Assembly: GCA_964035545.1 (NCBI GenBank)
Contig: OZ037765.1
Span: 35,240,080 to 35,304,079 of the forward strand
Direction: 5' to 3'
Length of the DNA stretch: 64,000 nt
Origin: Bugula neritina
Lineage: Eukaryota > Animalia > Bryozoa
The notes beneath the pieces were generated by a model, which did not search any database, had not been told where the DNA came from, and saw only the letters and a list, made by a program, of their open reading frames with translations. Made by a program: the position numbers and the translations under genes. Of the stretch, positions 24,012 to 38,450 are shown piece after piece (position 1 is the stretch's first letter; the number at the start of each line of letters is the position of its first letter).

Positions 24012-27000
24012 CTAAATTATATACAAGTGTTTACTGCATAGTTGCAAAAATCTAGTTTTAGGCATTGGCTTTGTCAACAGGTCTGCCAAAATTACCTCAC
24101 TTGGACAAAAGTTTGTTGCTACAGTTTTTGAGTTAACAGCTTCCCTAACATAGTGGTATTTAATGTCCATGTGCTTGATACGCTTGGTGCTTTTGTTATT
24201 GTTAGCAATGGCTGCGGCAAATTGATTGTCTACATTAATAACAGTTGCGTCCAAGATTGGACTATCTATATCTGTTAGGAGTTGTCTTAACCAGACCGCT
24301 TCTTTTGTAGCTTCAAACAATGAGATGTATTCTGACTCAGCGGTTGAGAGGGCAACCGTATTTTGTCCCTTGCTAAACCATGTGATAAGATTGTCTGCAT
24401 ATGAGAATACTACCCCAGTTGTTGAGTGCCGATCATCACTATTATCTGCCCAACTAGCATCTAAATATCCAATTAATGTTCCATTATTTTTTCTGTAACT
24501 AAGTCCAACATCACTAGAACCTTTCAAATATCGCAAAACACGTTTAGCTGCAGTAAGGTGTGTTACAGTGGGGCAGGAATTGAACTTAGAGAGGACTCCC
24601 ACTGCATAGGCAATGTCAGGTCGGGTTGCAACCGCAAGGTATAATAGACTGCCTACGATTGACTGGTACAGCTTTTGATCAACTGGTTTGCTTCTATCTG
24701 ATTTGACCAGCTTTACATCTATAGCCGCAGGTGTAGATACTGGATTACAGTTTTCCATATTCTGAACTTTGTGAGTATTTTTGCGATTGATGAAGGCCTG
24801 CTGACTTATCTTTAGAAAGTTTTCTCCAGGCTCTATTGACATACCAAGAAGGAAATTTAGTTTACCCAAGTCTTTCATTGCAAATCTATTGGCTAGTCTT
24901 TGTTTAACCTGAAGCAGAGCAGATTCAGTGCTTGACATAATCACAAGATCATCTACATAAATAGCAATAATGGTTTTTACATATATGCACTGGTCAGCAG
25001 ATGACTGAGTAAAACCTTCTGATTTCAAAAAATTATCTAGAACAGCATTCCAACACCTAGGTGATTGCTTGAGGCCATAGATTGACTTATTGAGTTTACA
25101 CACTAATTTCTCTTTTCCCCGTTTCACGAAATCCTCTGGTTGTGACATATATATCTCTTCACTTAAATGTCCATTTAGGAATGCCGTTATTACGTCCATT
25201 TGATGAATGTACATGTTGTTGCAGAGAGCATAAGCTAGCAAGGCTCTTAACGATGGATATTTTACTACTGGCGCATACGTTTTATCATAGTCCACACCAG
25301 CTTGTTGTGTGAACCCTCGAGCTACTAGTCGACCTTTGTAGCGCTCAATGTTTCCGTCTTTGTCGTATTTAGATCTAAATACCCATTTACAGTCAACCGT
25401 CTGACGGTTGCTAGGTAAAGAAACAAGCTCCCATGTGTTGTTCTCAACCAAAGAGTAGTATTCAGCTTGTGCTGCAGCTAGCCATTCTCTTGAATGTGGA
25501 CTGGTCAATGCTTCTGCATTGCTTTTAGGTTCTACAATTCCTTGGGCGTAGCATGCTCTGTGACTGGTTTCTGCTGCTACAGACGAGTTACTTATATATT
25601 CATCTATACCAAATCTTACTGGAGGGTGATGTGTGTGAGTAGGCCTACGTGGTTCATCACAGCTTGGAGCATCAGAGTTGTCCTCACTTGGGGCACCAGA
25701 GTTGTCTTGAGTTTGCATGTCTACAGAAAACCTGTTTGCATATGGAGTTGCCTCCACTATTTCGTTTGTAACTCAAGCACCAAATTTTGTTTCGTCGAAT
25801 GTAACATCACGTCTGATTACAACCTTTTTGGAGTTGGGATTGTACAGCCGGTACCCTTTTGACTGTGAGGCATAGCCCACCAAAACCATATTTTCTGCTT
25901 TGCTGTCTGGTTTTGACCTGAGTTGCTCAGGAATATGACTGTAAGCGAGACATCCAAATACTCTAATATGACTTATATTTGGCTTATAACCAAACCAGCT
26001 TTCATGAGGTGTCACTGATGTTGCTTTGGTGGGCAGACGATTTCTTGTGTATGCAGCAGTGTTGATAGCTTCAGCCCAAAATAACTTTGGTAAACCTGAT
26101 TGAATTATCATAGCTCTGGCTGACTCGCATACGGTACGATTAAAACGCTCAGCAACACCGTTTTGCTCTGGGGAGTATCTTACAGTGGTTTGGTGTTGAA
26201 TACCATGTGACAATAAATATTGTTCAAAGCTTTTGCTGGTGTATTCACCACCACCATCACTGCGGAGTGCACCAATTTTTAGACCTGTGTGATTTGTCAC
26301 CAATGCCTGAAACTCCCTAAATCTATCAAAAACCTCTGATTTTTCTTTAATAAAACACACATAAGAATATCTTGAAAAATCATCAATAAAAGATACAAAA
26401 TATGCACTGCCTCCAATAGACTTTGTTTTCATAGGACCACAAACATCTGTATGCACTAATTCAAGTGGTCTACTAGACTTGATACCTACATGCTTACTAA
26501 AACATTTTCTAGTCATTTTGCCTTTGATGCATGGCTCACACACACCTACATGTACATTAGATAAGTCTGCCCCTACTACTAACCTATTTTGTTGAGCAGA
26601 TTGAATGCTTTGCATGCCAGCATGTCCAAGGCGTTGATGCCACAAATCAGTATCACTAGCAGGGGAAGCAACGTGGTAGTTCGAGTACATAGTGTCCAGA
26701 TAATATAGTTCATTGCAGAGTGTTCCTGTTGCACGCAGCTTTCCTGATTTGTTTTTCAGCCAACAGCGGCTATGTCTAAATTGTATTATAAGATTCTTCT
26801 CTGCTGCTGATCGTACTGAAAAGAGATTAGTTTTCAGTCCAGGCACATGCAATACGTCATACATTGTGTTCAGCTTTATTTGTTGGCCTCTTATGCGAGT
26901 GAAAATTTCTATATTTCCCTTGCCAACGACTTCCAGCACATGACCACCAAGAGTAACTTTCTGTGGAACTTCAAAGTTGTTGTATACCTTAAATAGATCT

Positions 27001-27877
27001 TTGTTGTGCGTCATATGTGAAGTGGCACCTGAGTCTATGAGCCAGTTATTCTCCTTTTCCCTTTTTGATACGAGGAAGGCACTCTCAGTTTCCTCAATTG
27101 CATTCTGATTCTGTATTACTGGTTTAGCCTTATGACTGGATTCATCAGCTAGACCTAGTTTTGGACAGTTCCGTATAAGATGCGCTGGAGAGCCACACTT
27201 GAAACATGTCCTTTTTGTGTAGTGTGGCTTGCTTCGATAGTTACCAGTGGCGAGAGCTGTGTCTATGTTACGATCTGTTGGTACACGAGTTTGTTCTTTT
27301 CGTCGTTGTTCTTCAGACATAAGAGCCTGTTGCACATATAGTTCAGTGTCAGGTCTTCGAATCTAGCTTCTAGAGCAATTACCAGTGTTGAGTAGCTGCT
27401 AGGTAGGCTACCAAGTAGTGTCACTACCTGATCTTCTTCGCTAATAGAGGAGTTTACAGCAGCCAGTTTGTCAGTTAATTCCTTCATATATCTAATGTGC
27501 TGCTCAATCGATGCATTTTCTCCCATTACGGTTCTGAAATATTGCTTTTTTAGAAACAGTCTGTTAGTTAACGTGTCACGCTCAAAATGTTGTTGTAAAG
27601 TGCCCCATGCTTGCTTTGGTTCTGTGCAGCTGGTTATGAGATATAGCAAGTCATCGCTCACCGAGAGTATAATAATTGACATAGCCTTGCTTGATTTCTT
27701 TGTATAGTCCAGTTTCGTTTGAACACCAGCTGATTCTTCAGGCTCAGTTATAGAGCCATCAACATATCCCCATAGCTCTTTAGCAATCAGCAAATGCTTG
27801 AGTTTAAACTTCCAAGTGCTAAAATTTTTACTCGTCAGCTTGTCTACAGATTGCTTGTCTTCAATAATTCCAGCCAT
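24012..27877 (-). pseudogene. Copia gag-pol polyprotein with one frameshift (~27300) and one premature stop (~25773)
   Basis: CFKCGSPAHLIRNC zinc knuckle, IDSGAT protease, WHQRLGH, HTDVCGP, PEQNGVAER integrase, YVDD RT, ADLLTK RNase H. Confidence 0.95.
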
Positions 27878-29024
27878 TTCGTCTTTTTATACTACTGTAA
27901 CTAGTGTTTGAGATAGCGCTCTGGGCCCATAACCTGTTAGAGTTATAATTTGACAGAGCTCTTTATTGCACTGAATATTACAAGCAAGTGAACTAAGAAC
28001 AAAAAAGCATAAAGTAGCACACATAAGTAGATAGCTATAAACTTGCTATTACAGATAAGCAGCTAAGTACAATAGGCATAAGCTAAGAAGCAAAAGCACA
28101 TTGAAATAACATCAACTGATTTAATGTGTGGCTATAAACATATTTACTGACAACAATTACATGGTACTTTTATTCCACTGCTTTTATACTACATTTTATG
28201 TAGATTTTAGGCATTTAAAATATGTTTGGCAAATAGCTATATAGTAGTTTGAGTAAATTATTTATCTATTGCAGGAAATATTTTTACAAAAACAGAGCAG
28301 CTTAATTGATTATTATACAACACCTAGGAATGTTAATGACTATCTAAATGTTGTGACAGATAAGCTAAGTGACATGTCACAAGCATATAGCCACCTTCTG
28401 CAGTCTTTCAATATTGTAATGTTTTGTTGTTGGGACATTACATGAGCTTGGAAAGTTTGTTGAATAATTATAGCTTTACTCGCATTATTATAGCTATGTT
28501 AGCTATATTATGCTTTTCTACAATGAGTTTTGCTACTGCAAAATAGCTATCTTTTTAGAATGTTATATGAACCCAGCATTTTCTGTTATTCACTCTCCTT
28601 TCTCTTTTCATTCAGTCTGCTATAATGAACATAATTATGTCTATATATATTCAAACACAACATTTGTGATGTAAAAATTTGAAAAAGCAATGAACTGTGC
28701 TTCAGTAATTGTAGTTTATGTGAACATAGAAACACCTATAAGTCTCAGCTACTTAATTCCAGCTCTCCTGTTAAGTTTTACACAATTTATGCTAGTTTTT
28801 TCTTAATGGAGAAGTTACCACATTATGCAAGACAATGTTTATGATAAATTCGCAAATGGTATTTTATCTTATTCCTATAATATATTATAGACATGCGTTT
28901 TCTGTTGGAAATTGTTTTTTCAAAGTTCAAATAAATCATCTGAAACCTTATTAACACATTTAATTTCTTTTAGTAATATTCAGTATTATTATATCGTATT
29001 TCAACTAGTATATGTTTACTATAG

Positions 29025-29165
29025 AATGGCTAATCTGAAGAATCTGGAGACTCTTAATATATCATGGAATAACTTCAGTGAAGGATTACCTGATGTATTC
29101 ACATCAATGACATATCTAAGAGAGTTGGGTATTAGTGGCTGTAAACTACCAACTCTACCTGAGAG
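29025..29165 (+). CDS. LRR exon A (141 bp, 2 LRRs)
   Basis: tactatag acceptor and gttagt donor, phase 2-2; MANLKNLETLNISWNNFSEGLPDVFTSMTYLRELGISGCKLPTLPE. Confidence 0.9.
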
Positions 29166-31519
29166 GTTAGTGAAAAGACAATTTGCATAAATAACTCATA
29201 TATAGACTACTTTCTGATGTCTAAGATTTACCTGCATGTTTTTCGACTTGCATTTTTTGTTGCTAACTATTTTGTGAAAATTTATCAAGTCTGTTGAACT
29301 TGACATGAATACATGCATGTATATACAGAACAAATTCTAAATAGCATATACAGAAATAAAAATAGGCTATATGTAATATAAAAAGTGCAGGTTATGGAAT
29401 ATATAGGATTTGTTACAATATTTTAATCTATTATCTACTTCAAAGAAGTAAAAGTTAGTAAGTCAAGTTAATTAGCCATTTCTTGAAAAATAAAAAGCCT
29501 AATGAAAACAATTGTGCTCAAATAAATATATCTAGATAAACCCAGATAGCCTTTAAGCTGTTAGCATTCTGGCTTTTGTGTTACAGTTTTGTTATTTCTT
29601 AAAATGATGCCTGTGCCTTGTAGCATTTAGGAGCAGCAGTGGAGAGATTGAGATAGCCTAAGTTCTTTGAATTCCTTTATAAATTTTGTTGTTGCTCATA
29701 ACATAAATTCTTTTGCTACATTTCTAATCTAGAACGCAGGCTTTTCTCAACTTCTCCATTACTGCACCTACTTCGTATGTAGTAGTCATCTCTGTCAGCT
29801 GCAGTAGACTCAAGGTCCTAGTTAATAGTTAACGTAGGTGGTAGGTTAAAACATAGTTACATAATGAAATAGGTAAAAGGCCAAGCTAAGCCAACCACTA
29901 CTGAAGCTGAAAGCCCAAGTTTCCCAACTCATCAAATTGCAGCATAAACTGAATTCTCTGAAAACCACTTCTGAAAGAAATTCTGGTTGAAAAGTAAATT
30001 AAGCAGATTCTGACAAGGGAAGCAGTAAAAGCACATTGATAATATTGAGTTATTAACTTTTTGCTTGGGTTTTCAGTGAAACCATTTATTTTTATAGCTT
30101 CTCAACTTCTCATGCTCCAAATATCTACATCAGCTAGTCTTATTGTAACTTAGCTGTAGTTTTACAGCTGGCTTGGCTGATCCTGGGTCACAAATTGTTA
30201 TGCATAAGTGTAAACTATCATCCCTGGTTTGTAAACAAGCACAATGTGGTCTTTAGTTTCTACTGATGTTTTATTGGTAAAACTGTCGTGAAAACTATAC
30301 AATTAATGAAATTGTGAATATGCCATAATGAATGATAATATGTGATGAAACTTTTATCAGTGATAATTTGACACTAACTAATAAGCTTCAAGTAAAGAAC
30401 AAGTCTTGCTATAAAATTCAGTATACACCATCTAAATTATTGAAATTGATATTAAAAAAGATAATACAAATGCCATAAATGATTGTCAAAAATACTACAA
30501 TAACAATAATTACCTTGTTAGACCATCCAGGAATGGAGCTTATAACTTTGATGTCAATGTAGTAGGTATTTATTCTCTACTTTGATAATATTGATTTAAA
30601 TGCAACAAAAAATTTAACATAACATAAGTGAAAGGTTACTCAGCAGTTTATGCTACATGTTAGTTGACTGAAAGTGTAGCATAGAATGAGAGCTAAAAAT
30701 AAAATATACCTCAATGAATGAATCATTTCAGGAAGCTGATGGTGTAAAAAACTATTTATATAATTTAGTCATGCATAGTGAAATCATGCATATGAGGAAA
30801 TCATGTTGACTTTCGTGTGCAAATTTGTCATAGCCATAAAAGCAAAACAGCTACATATACATGACTAATTCAATGGGTTTCTAATTGGTTAACTTTGTTT
30901 GTTTTGATGAGAGCAAGAAATTTCACTGGCATTCCAATTAATTACAATAAGCGAGGATAAGTACACATCAAGTATAACATTGTAACTAAAACTGTCAAAT
31001 AAAGCTATTAGACCTATTGTAAAATAATTATGCGATAAATATATAGGGCAGACAAAATATTTCAAGATGATATTGAATTAAATTATGTCTGCTTAAATAT
31101 AAAATTTTTTAAATACTTTTTGTATAAACTGAGCTTTGCTTCTCTTAGTAACATTTTTCTTTTAAAGACGTTTTGGCCATAACACGAAACTATGTAAAGC
31201 ATTCAAGGTTCCTTGAACATAATGTAGTACAAACTCTTCAAAGTATAATTATATGCACATGCTATAACACAGCTAAGCTGCTGAGCAGGCATGTGAGTAA
31301 TTACATGTAACTAGCAGTGAAACTGGACCACTGCAGAGTTGAAAGATCAATTCAGCTATGAATTGTATAGTCATAACAGATAAGACAACAAATAATAATA
31401 GAGATTTAATCATAGTTGCCATATCAGCATTGCCCAGCAACGAAAACCACAAAAATTCGTTCAAGCATATTTTAGGCAACGGCTTTTCATGTTGGGAGGA
31501 CACAACTATTAATTATAGG

Positions 31520-32460
31520 GGGATCTCATGCAATGACACTGGAAAAGGGTCTATTGAGTTTGCTGCAGAACATACTACCATAACAGATACGGACCGCACT
31601 GTGATTTTTCACGCCAGGAAAATGCTATTATACCAATCCGGCCAACCCTGGAGGAAAAAGTGCGGCCCATTATTTGACATCACAATGGGCAGCTATGACG
31701 GTGCAAAATGTTGCACTCTGTTTGGCATATTTTAACTATATAAAATCAACCAGAAGCTTAAAAATACGTTCGGTATATACCGTGATGACGGCCTAGGAGT
31801 AACCAACGACACTGCAAAAAAATATAGATAGAATTAAAAAATCAATATGCAAAATTTTCTAAAAGTATATTCTAAAAATTACTATTGAAGTAAACCAGAA
31901 AGTTGTCAACTATATAAATATAAATTTTGACATCAGCAAAAGAATACACAAACCCCATGTAAAAGCTAACAGTGAAATTTTATATGTAAACTCTAGATTT
32001 AACCATCCTCCGCATATCACAAGAAACATCCCACAAGCCATAAACAACAGGCTTTCCAAACCTCTCATCTAACGAGGAAGTGTTTAGTCAGACAACAAAG
32101 ATGCACCAAGGAGCTCTAACTAAAAGTGGGTACACACATAACCTAACTTTCCAGCCAACACACACTACTAGCAGACCATAAAGAGGAAGAAGACGAAATA
32201 TCACATGGTATAAGCCCCCATTCTCCAAAAGTGTAACAAGTAACCTGACAAAGCATTTTTTTAAAATCCTGGAGGAAGAAATACCCAGAGATCACAAACT
32301 CTACAAAATTTTCAACAAAAACAATATAAAACTCAGTTACAGTTGCTGCAGAAATTTGAACAACATAATCAACAGCCACAATAAAATATTACTCAACCCA
32401 GCAAACCAATCTCCTCGAGAATGTAACTGCAGAAGCAACACAGTGTGCGCCTAGATAAAA
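31520..32460 (+). mobile_element. Penelope-like retroelement RT/thumb fragment (decayed)
   Basis: FDITMGSYDGA and YRDDGL motifs, N-H-P-P, HKLYKIFNKNNIKLSYSC, CNCR; multiple stops. Confidence 0.8.
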
Positions 32461-35400
32461 AATAGGAAAAGGAACAGTTGAATAGACAAGTTGTGTTTAC
32501 TCGTTTGCAATTATGTAATGCTTGTAATTTTCTGTAGTTAGTGATTCTTGTATTATTCGTAGCAATAAATTATATTCTTATTCTAAATCAGCGATATCAG
32601 TTCAACTTTAATTACCCACAATTAGGTGAATGTGTAAATTCACAACAGTGGTGGCAGCGATGGGATTGTTTTAAAGCCAATGCTCCTGGCCGAGGAGTAG
32701 GAGAGATGGCCGACAAAGGAGACATTCCTTGTCTAGAGCCGATCAAATCAGCAGCTGTGGAGAATGTCATAAGCGGCCCAGCGCTGCCTATGGACAGGCA
32801 TCATTTGCAGGCTCCAAACTTCTCCGGAGAAGAAGATGTGGAGCAATTTATCACTGAGTTCAGTGATGTGGCAGCTATCTGTCGATGGCCTGCCCGAGTT
32901 ACTCTGATCCAGCTGCAGTTGTGCTTGACGGGAACGGCCAAACCTTATGGTATTGACCAGAATGTCGGCGAGATCTTTGATGCGTTGAGAGCCAGGTGTG
33001 GGCTCACCGCCCAAGATGCGCGTATCCAACTCCAAGAACTTAGGGGAGATCGTAAGACTGCCTTGCGAGAACACGCAACTCTGGTGGAACGGCTGGCACA
33101 AGTTGCTTATGGTGATTTGCCTGCAAATGGCCGACAGAGTTTGGCACTGGATGCCTTCCTCCAGTCTATAAACAACATGGGCTTAAAAAAGCATTTGCTG
33201 GTAGCTGAAGTTGAGACAATGGAGAGGGCTCTCCGGCTTGGGAATGCCTATTTCTAAGCTGATAGTACGTGCCGGCCTAGAATGGCTGTACAGCAAATAG
33301 AGGCCGACCACGACAACGTGTCGCCATCGTCGGCCACGGCGACTGTACACGTGGCTACGGCGGCAGCCGACGAGCCGACCGGCTTCATCACAAGCCTGGT
33401 TGGAGAGCTGCTGGCCGAATCACGCATATCCGCCAACAGTCGACAGTTGAGCGACCCGCTAGGTCGCCGACAACTGTCGTCGGCAGGCGTACTCTTGTAT
33501 GTTGGGGTTGTGGTAGTGGTGGGCACCTTCTGAGGAGCTGCCTCTATGGCAGGAGGAAACAGTTAAATGACAACGGTCCACGGTGGACTCCGCCAACCGT
33601 GGACCTCGGTTTAACCCTCCGAGGCCGAGGCCAAGGCCAAGGCCAAGGCCAAGGCCAAGGCCAAGGCCAAGGCCAAGGCCAAGGCCAAGGCCAAGGCCAA
33701 GGCCAAGGCCAAGGCCCAAACCCATTCGAGTGAGGAGGCCGCCTTTGCCGGAGTGGCAAGCCCCACGGAAAGTTAGCAGACCACAAGGTTTGCCAAAACC
33801 TATGGCTTGGCCACGCAAAAAACCGCTTTGAAGTGTTTCCTGATGAGGGGGCGTACGACGAGTGGGAGCAAGACCGAGATTTCCCTTGGCTGCCCACGCA
33901 TGAGCAGGACCGAGCCTTCACTCGGCCGCCCGTGTGCGAGCAAGGCCAAGATGTAACTCGGCAACCCTTTTGCAATTGGAAAGCATAAGTGCAAACCCGA
34001 ATCCATGCACATGAGGTGTCACTTCCGGAGACAGACCGCTCAGTGGGCGCCCAGCCATATGGAAGCAGTTATTTCTTGCCCGGTAAACTTGCCGGCAAAG
34101 TTGCGACATTTCTTTTGTATACTGAGTGTACCACAAATCTCCTAAGTTGGCGTCTCTTTGACACACTCAATGCTAGAGATTGGGCAAATCTGAAGCCATA
34201 TGAAGAAGAACACCGAACGTTGGCGGACGGGTTGTGTATCCTTTTCTATTGAGTGATCAGCGAGACTTTCATCATCAGTCAGCTTAAAGAGGATGCCATC
34301 TCATGAATGCCATTCCTGAAGCAACAAAAGTGCCACATTGACTTTAGTGAGTTGGCGGTGATGCTGGCCGGGCGTGAGCTTGCTTGTGTGGATAGGTTTG
34401 GTAGACCCTTGGTGGGGGAAGTGCAGGTGGTGCGGCGCTGTACCATTACTGGGTGCTCCTGGGCCTCGGTTCACTGCAGAGTAAACTGCAAGAAAATCTC
34501 CATCTTAGAAGTGGTGGAAGGGGCACTGGGGGGCATCCAGCTCGCTAATGGCCTAAATAGGCTGGATGAGCGGGGGAGTTCCTGGTACAGTGTGTGAACC
34601 CTTTCACGGAGCCGGTAGAGTTGCCGGCTGGTTTGCTAGTGGGGAAGTTCCATTCTGTGCAGGAGGAGGATGTGGGGCTTTCTAGGAACGGCAGGGGGCC
34701 GGTGCCTGAACACTTGGCAGATTTGTACGGGGATGCCTGTGATGGCTGTGAGAATAAGCGAGAATGCCTGGTAGTGGCGCAGTTACTCTCTAAGTACAAA
34801 GATGCGTTTAGTTGCGGCGATCATGATATGGGCTTGACCAAGGCTGTCTGTCATGAGATACCCCTGGCGGCAGGGACAGGGCCTATTCGGCAGTCGACCC
34901 ACCGGTTAGGTCCCGAAAAAAAGAAAGTGAGCCGTCAGGTGCAAGACCTTCTGAACCGGGACCTGATTGAGCCAGCTCATGATCCTTGGAGCTCTCCGGT
35001 TGTCCCGGTTCGAAAAAAAGATGGGAGCTGGAGGTTTTGCGTGGATTATCGCAGACTGAACAGCGTGACCATCCAGGACGCTTACCCTCTACCGAGGATC
35101 GATGGGTCGCTGGATGCTTCAGCTGGTAGCTAGTTCTTCAGTACGCTGAACTTGTTGAGTGGGTACTGGCAGGTGCCCCTGAGTCCTGATGCACAGGACA
35201 AGGCTGCTTTTAAAACGCGGGACCGGCTCTGGAAGTGGAAGGTTCTGCCGTTAGGACTTACGTCTGCTCTGGCCACCTTCCAGCGACTCATGGAGCAGGT
35301 CTTCAATGGGCTACACTGGAAGACTCTGCTCGTCTACCTCGATGATGTCATTTTCATCATCCCGACTTCAACACCTCTGTCAGTCGTCTCAGAGAGGTGT

Positions 35401-38400
35401 TTGACAGACTTCGAGCTGCTGGTCTGAAGCTCAAGCCCTCCAAGTGTGTGTTGCTGCGACAAAAGGTTAAGTACCTAGGCCACATAGTTGGCCGAGACGG
35501 GGTCACCACCGACTCCGAGAAGGTACGGGCTGTAAGGGACCGGGCCGTTCTTGTCGACCATCCTGAATCGCAAGCATTTCTGAAGTTGGTAGGGTTCTAT
35601 AGGCAGTACAGACCCAACTTTGCAGAATGGCTCAGCCGTCAAACCGGCCTGACCGCTAAGGGAGTGCGTTGGCAGTGGACGTATGCAGAGTGGAAGCTGT
35701 GCTGTCGCAGGTCCAGAATATTCGCGATATGGTGGTGGCTCACTACAGTAAAGTTATGTCAGCCCCTGAAGAGAGCTACTGCACGACCAGGAAGCAGCTT
35801 CTGGCAGTAGTCAAGGTGGTCAAGCACTTTAGGCCATATCTGTATGAGTGTACGTTCACACTGCAAATGGATCACGCGTCCTTGATATGGTTGTGTCGAC
35901 GAGCTGAACCCTCTAGCTAATTAGCGCTGGCTTGAAATCTTGATTGAGTTTTTATACCGGATCGAGCACCGACCCGGTAAGAAACACAGTAATGCTGACG
36001 GATTGAGCCGCCGTCAGGCAGACGGGTGTAAGCAATGCCTAAACATTGAGCGCAGGGATGGACCCCATTGCTCGGACATGGAGAAGCAGATAGGGAAAGC
36101 AGGTGTATAAAGCTGGGAGGAAGGACAACTCCAGTCTGAACTTCCCTCTAAAGCTGTCAACACCTTTCATGCAAACCCTATACTGCCCCGAAACGTCAGG
36201 AAGCTGTGTAGACTCCAAGCTATGCTACCTGGGGTGGTAGCCGACTTAGTCAGGGCCAAGAAGGAGGGACGGCGGCCTAGCGAGGCTGAACGTGTTCAGA
36301 ATTCAAGTATTTCTGCAACTGCTGGAACTCCCTCCAGTTCAATGGTGATGGGTTGCTAATGATAACGTTGGCGACCGCTGTGAATCACCAGGAGCGGGAG
36401 AAGGTAGTCTGTCCGTTTGCTCTTCGCCGGGAGCTGATTTGGGAAACTCATAAGCAAGCTAATGCTGGAGCTGGGCGGTGGACTAGGTGTCTTCAGCTCT
36501 GGTGGTATTGGCCCGGCATGACCTGGGACGTCCGACTCCGTGCGGAAGTGTGAGATATGACAGGCCAGTAAGCATGGCCGCTCCACTGAGACTGCGGGGA
36601 GGCGTCGCCTCCATGCCGGTCGTTTGTGGCAGATAGTTACCGTAAATCTGGTGGGCCGCATGCCCACATCTGTGAAAGGTAATAACTGGATACTGGTACT
36701 AACTGACCACTTTACGTGGTGGGCTAATGCTCTGGCTATCCCAGATGCGTCTGCCCCCATGGTGGCCAGGACCTTAGATCAGAACGTATTCTGTTATTTC
36801 GGCGTGCCAGAACAAATACACTCTGATCAGGGCGCCCAGTTTCTGTCGCAGCTTATTAGCGATCTCTGTAAGACGTGGGGGATCAACCAGAGTCGGACGA
36901 CTCAATATTAGCCGCAAGGGAATGGGGTTGTAGTGCAGAGCAATCGTATGTTAGGCGAGTCTCTGAGAAGTCTACTATTGGGTAGGAGTCAGGAAGAGTG
37001 GGACTTGGTGCTGCCGCAAACCATGCGAGCCTACCGTAGTACCCCTCACTCCAGCCCGCTGGAGGCCCCTCGCTTTCTCATGCTCGGTCAAGTAACGCGG
37101 GTTTCTGAGCATTTAATTTACCATGTTCCGACTCCAGAAAGCAATGTCCATGAGTACGTGGACGAGCTCATTACACGCATGAGGACAGCCCACGAGGTGT
37201 TGCGTGAGCAGCAATGGCAGTTGAGGAGTGGGAACTCTGACGACCCCCTCCTTTGTCTAAGGTGGGAGACTGGGTCTGAATCACCAGTCACCGCTGGCGG
37301 CACGGACAGGCGGCTATGTTACAGCGGAAGTTTGTGGGTCTTTTCTGCGTGACTGAGGTGATGCTAGATCACACGTATAAAGTGGAACATTTCGGCCAGG
37401 TGTCGGTCCAGAATAAAACACGATTTTAGCTGTACTGGTCGAGTCTTGATGCAACAGAACAGGTCCCTCTACTCCTGGAACCTATGCGCCGTCCGACCAT
37501 GAGGGGGCGAGCTAGGGCCGACAGGGAGTTCAAGGTGGTGTTGCAAGATCAGGAAGGAGCGGCCGATGCGCCGACCAACTAGCCCCGTCCGCCCCCAACT
37601 CTGAAAGAGGCGGCCGACCAGCCGGCAGACCGGCCCGGGCCGGCCCCACCACCAGTGACGAGAGCCGACACACCTGTCATCCCTGATGAGATGGAAACTC
37701 CTCAAACTCATGAGGCGGAGGTAGCTAAGGAGGAACCACCCGTACAGGTGAACCGCCCTACACTAAAGACCCCATCCGTAGTGGTGGATTCACCGGTGGC
37801 AGCAGCCCCCCCCCCAGTACAGTTGGAACGTAGTCAACGTACTAGGGCTCCATCATCTTATTTAAAAGATTTCTTGTGTGATGCAGTGGATAAACCACCT
37901 ACACTCATCATAAAAGAAATCTGGGAGACAAGCAATTGAGAGTTGTGGTTCCTCATTATCGAGAAACACAACTGTGAGTTGCAGGCCCAGTGGCATGTAT
38001 AACTATCATCACTGGGAGAACAGAAAAGGGCGGAGTCAGCCGACCGGTAGAAGGGAGTGTTATGTAATCACTTTCACCGTGGAGAGCGCCCTTTTCAATT
38101 GTAACTGTCAATGTTCGCGCAGGTACTATGGCAGGCTGGCAACCACGTAGCCTAAGTGGACAGTAGACTAATATCGTGGTTGTCTTATGGTAAGTCTACT
38201 AGTGAAATTTCATTAGTTAATTAGAATTTAGCCTAGTAGCCAAGTTCAGTCTCACATTGTCATAATGATGAAGTTGTACTGATGTCAGATGATTTCACTG
38301 ACGACTTTGAGTAGAGTAGTCACCCGGACGACTTTGATAATCAGAAGGTTGATAGACTACTTGACTCAGTCACAGTGTCGTACCGACTAGGTGGAGTCCT

Positions 38401-38450
38401 CTACAACATAATCTGGTACCCTGTTCTGTTGCAGGTGAGACTTTGAGGAA
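32460..38450 (+). mobile_element. Second Gypsy element (relative of 17398-23972): partial 5' LTR, PBS, gag and decayed pol; no 3' LTR seen
   Basis: ...attcacaaca then gtggtggcagcgatgggat PBS at ~32648; gag-like ORF 32541-33257; RT/RH/IN fragments 34594-37939 colinear with the nested copy. Confidence 0.9.
33620..33716. repeat. (GGCCAA)n hexamer microsatellite inside the Gypsy gag region
   Basis: Direct reading, ~15 units. Confidence 0.95.

Larger units (their letters stand above)
17189..28155 (-). mobile_element. Ty1/Copia LTR retrotransposon, full length but decayed; 3' LTR split by a Gypsy insertion
   Basis: 5' LTR 27935-28155; 3' LTR 17189-17397 plus 23973-23988; ATTAC TSD at 17184-17188 and 28156-28160; PBS ggttatgggcccag; PPT agttagtgggag; domain order gag-PR-IN-RT-RH. 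Confidence 0.95.

Noticed and set aside
33459-33975. Poly-PR / poly-GL / poly-WP dipeptide ORFs
   Set aside because: (GGCCAA)n expansion inside a dead Gypsy gag region, downstream of stop codons
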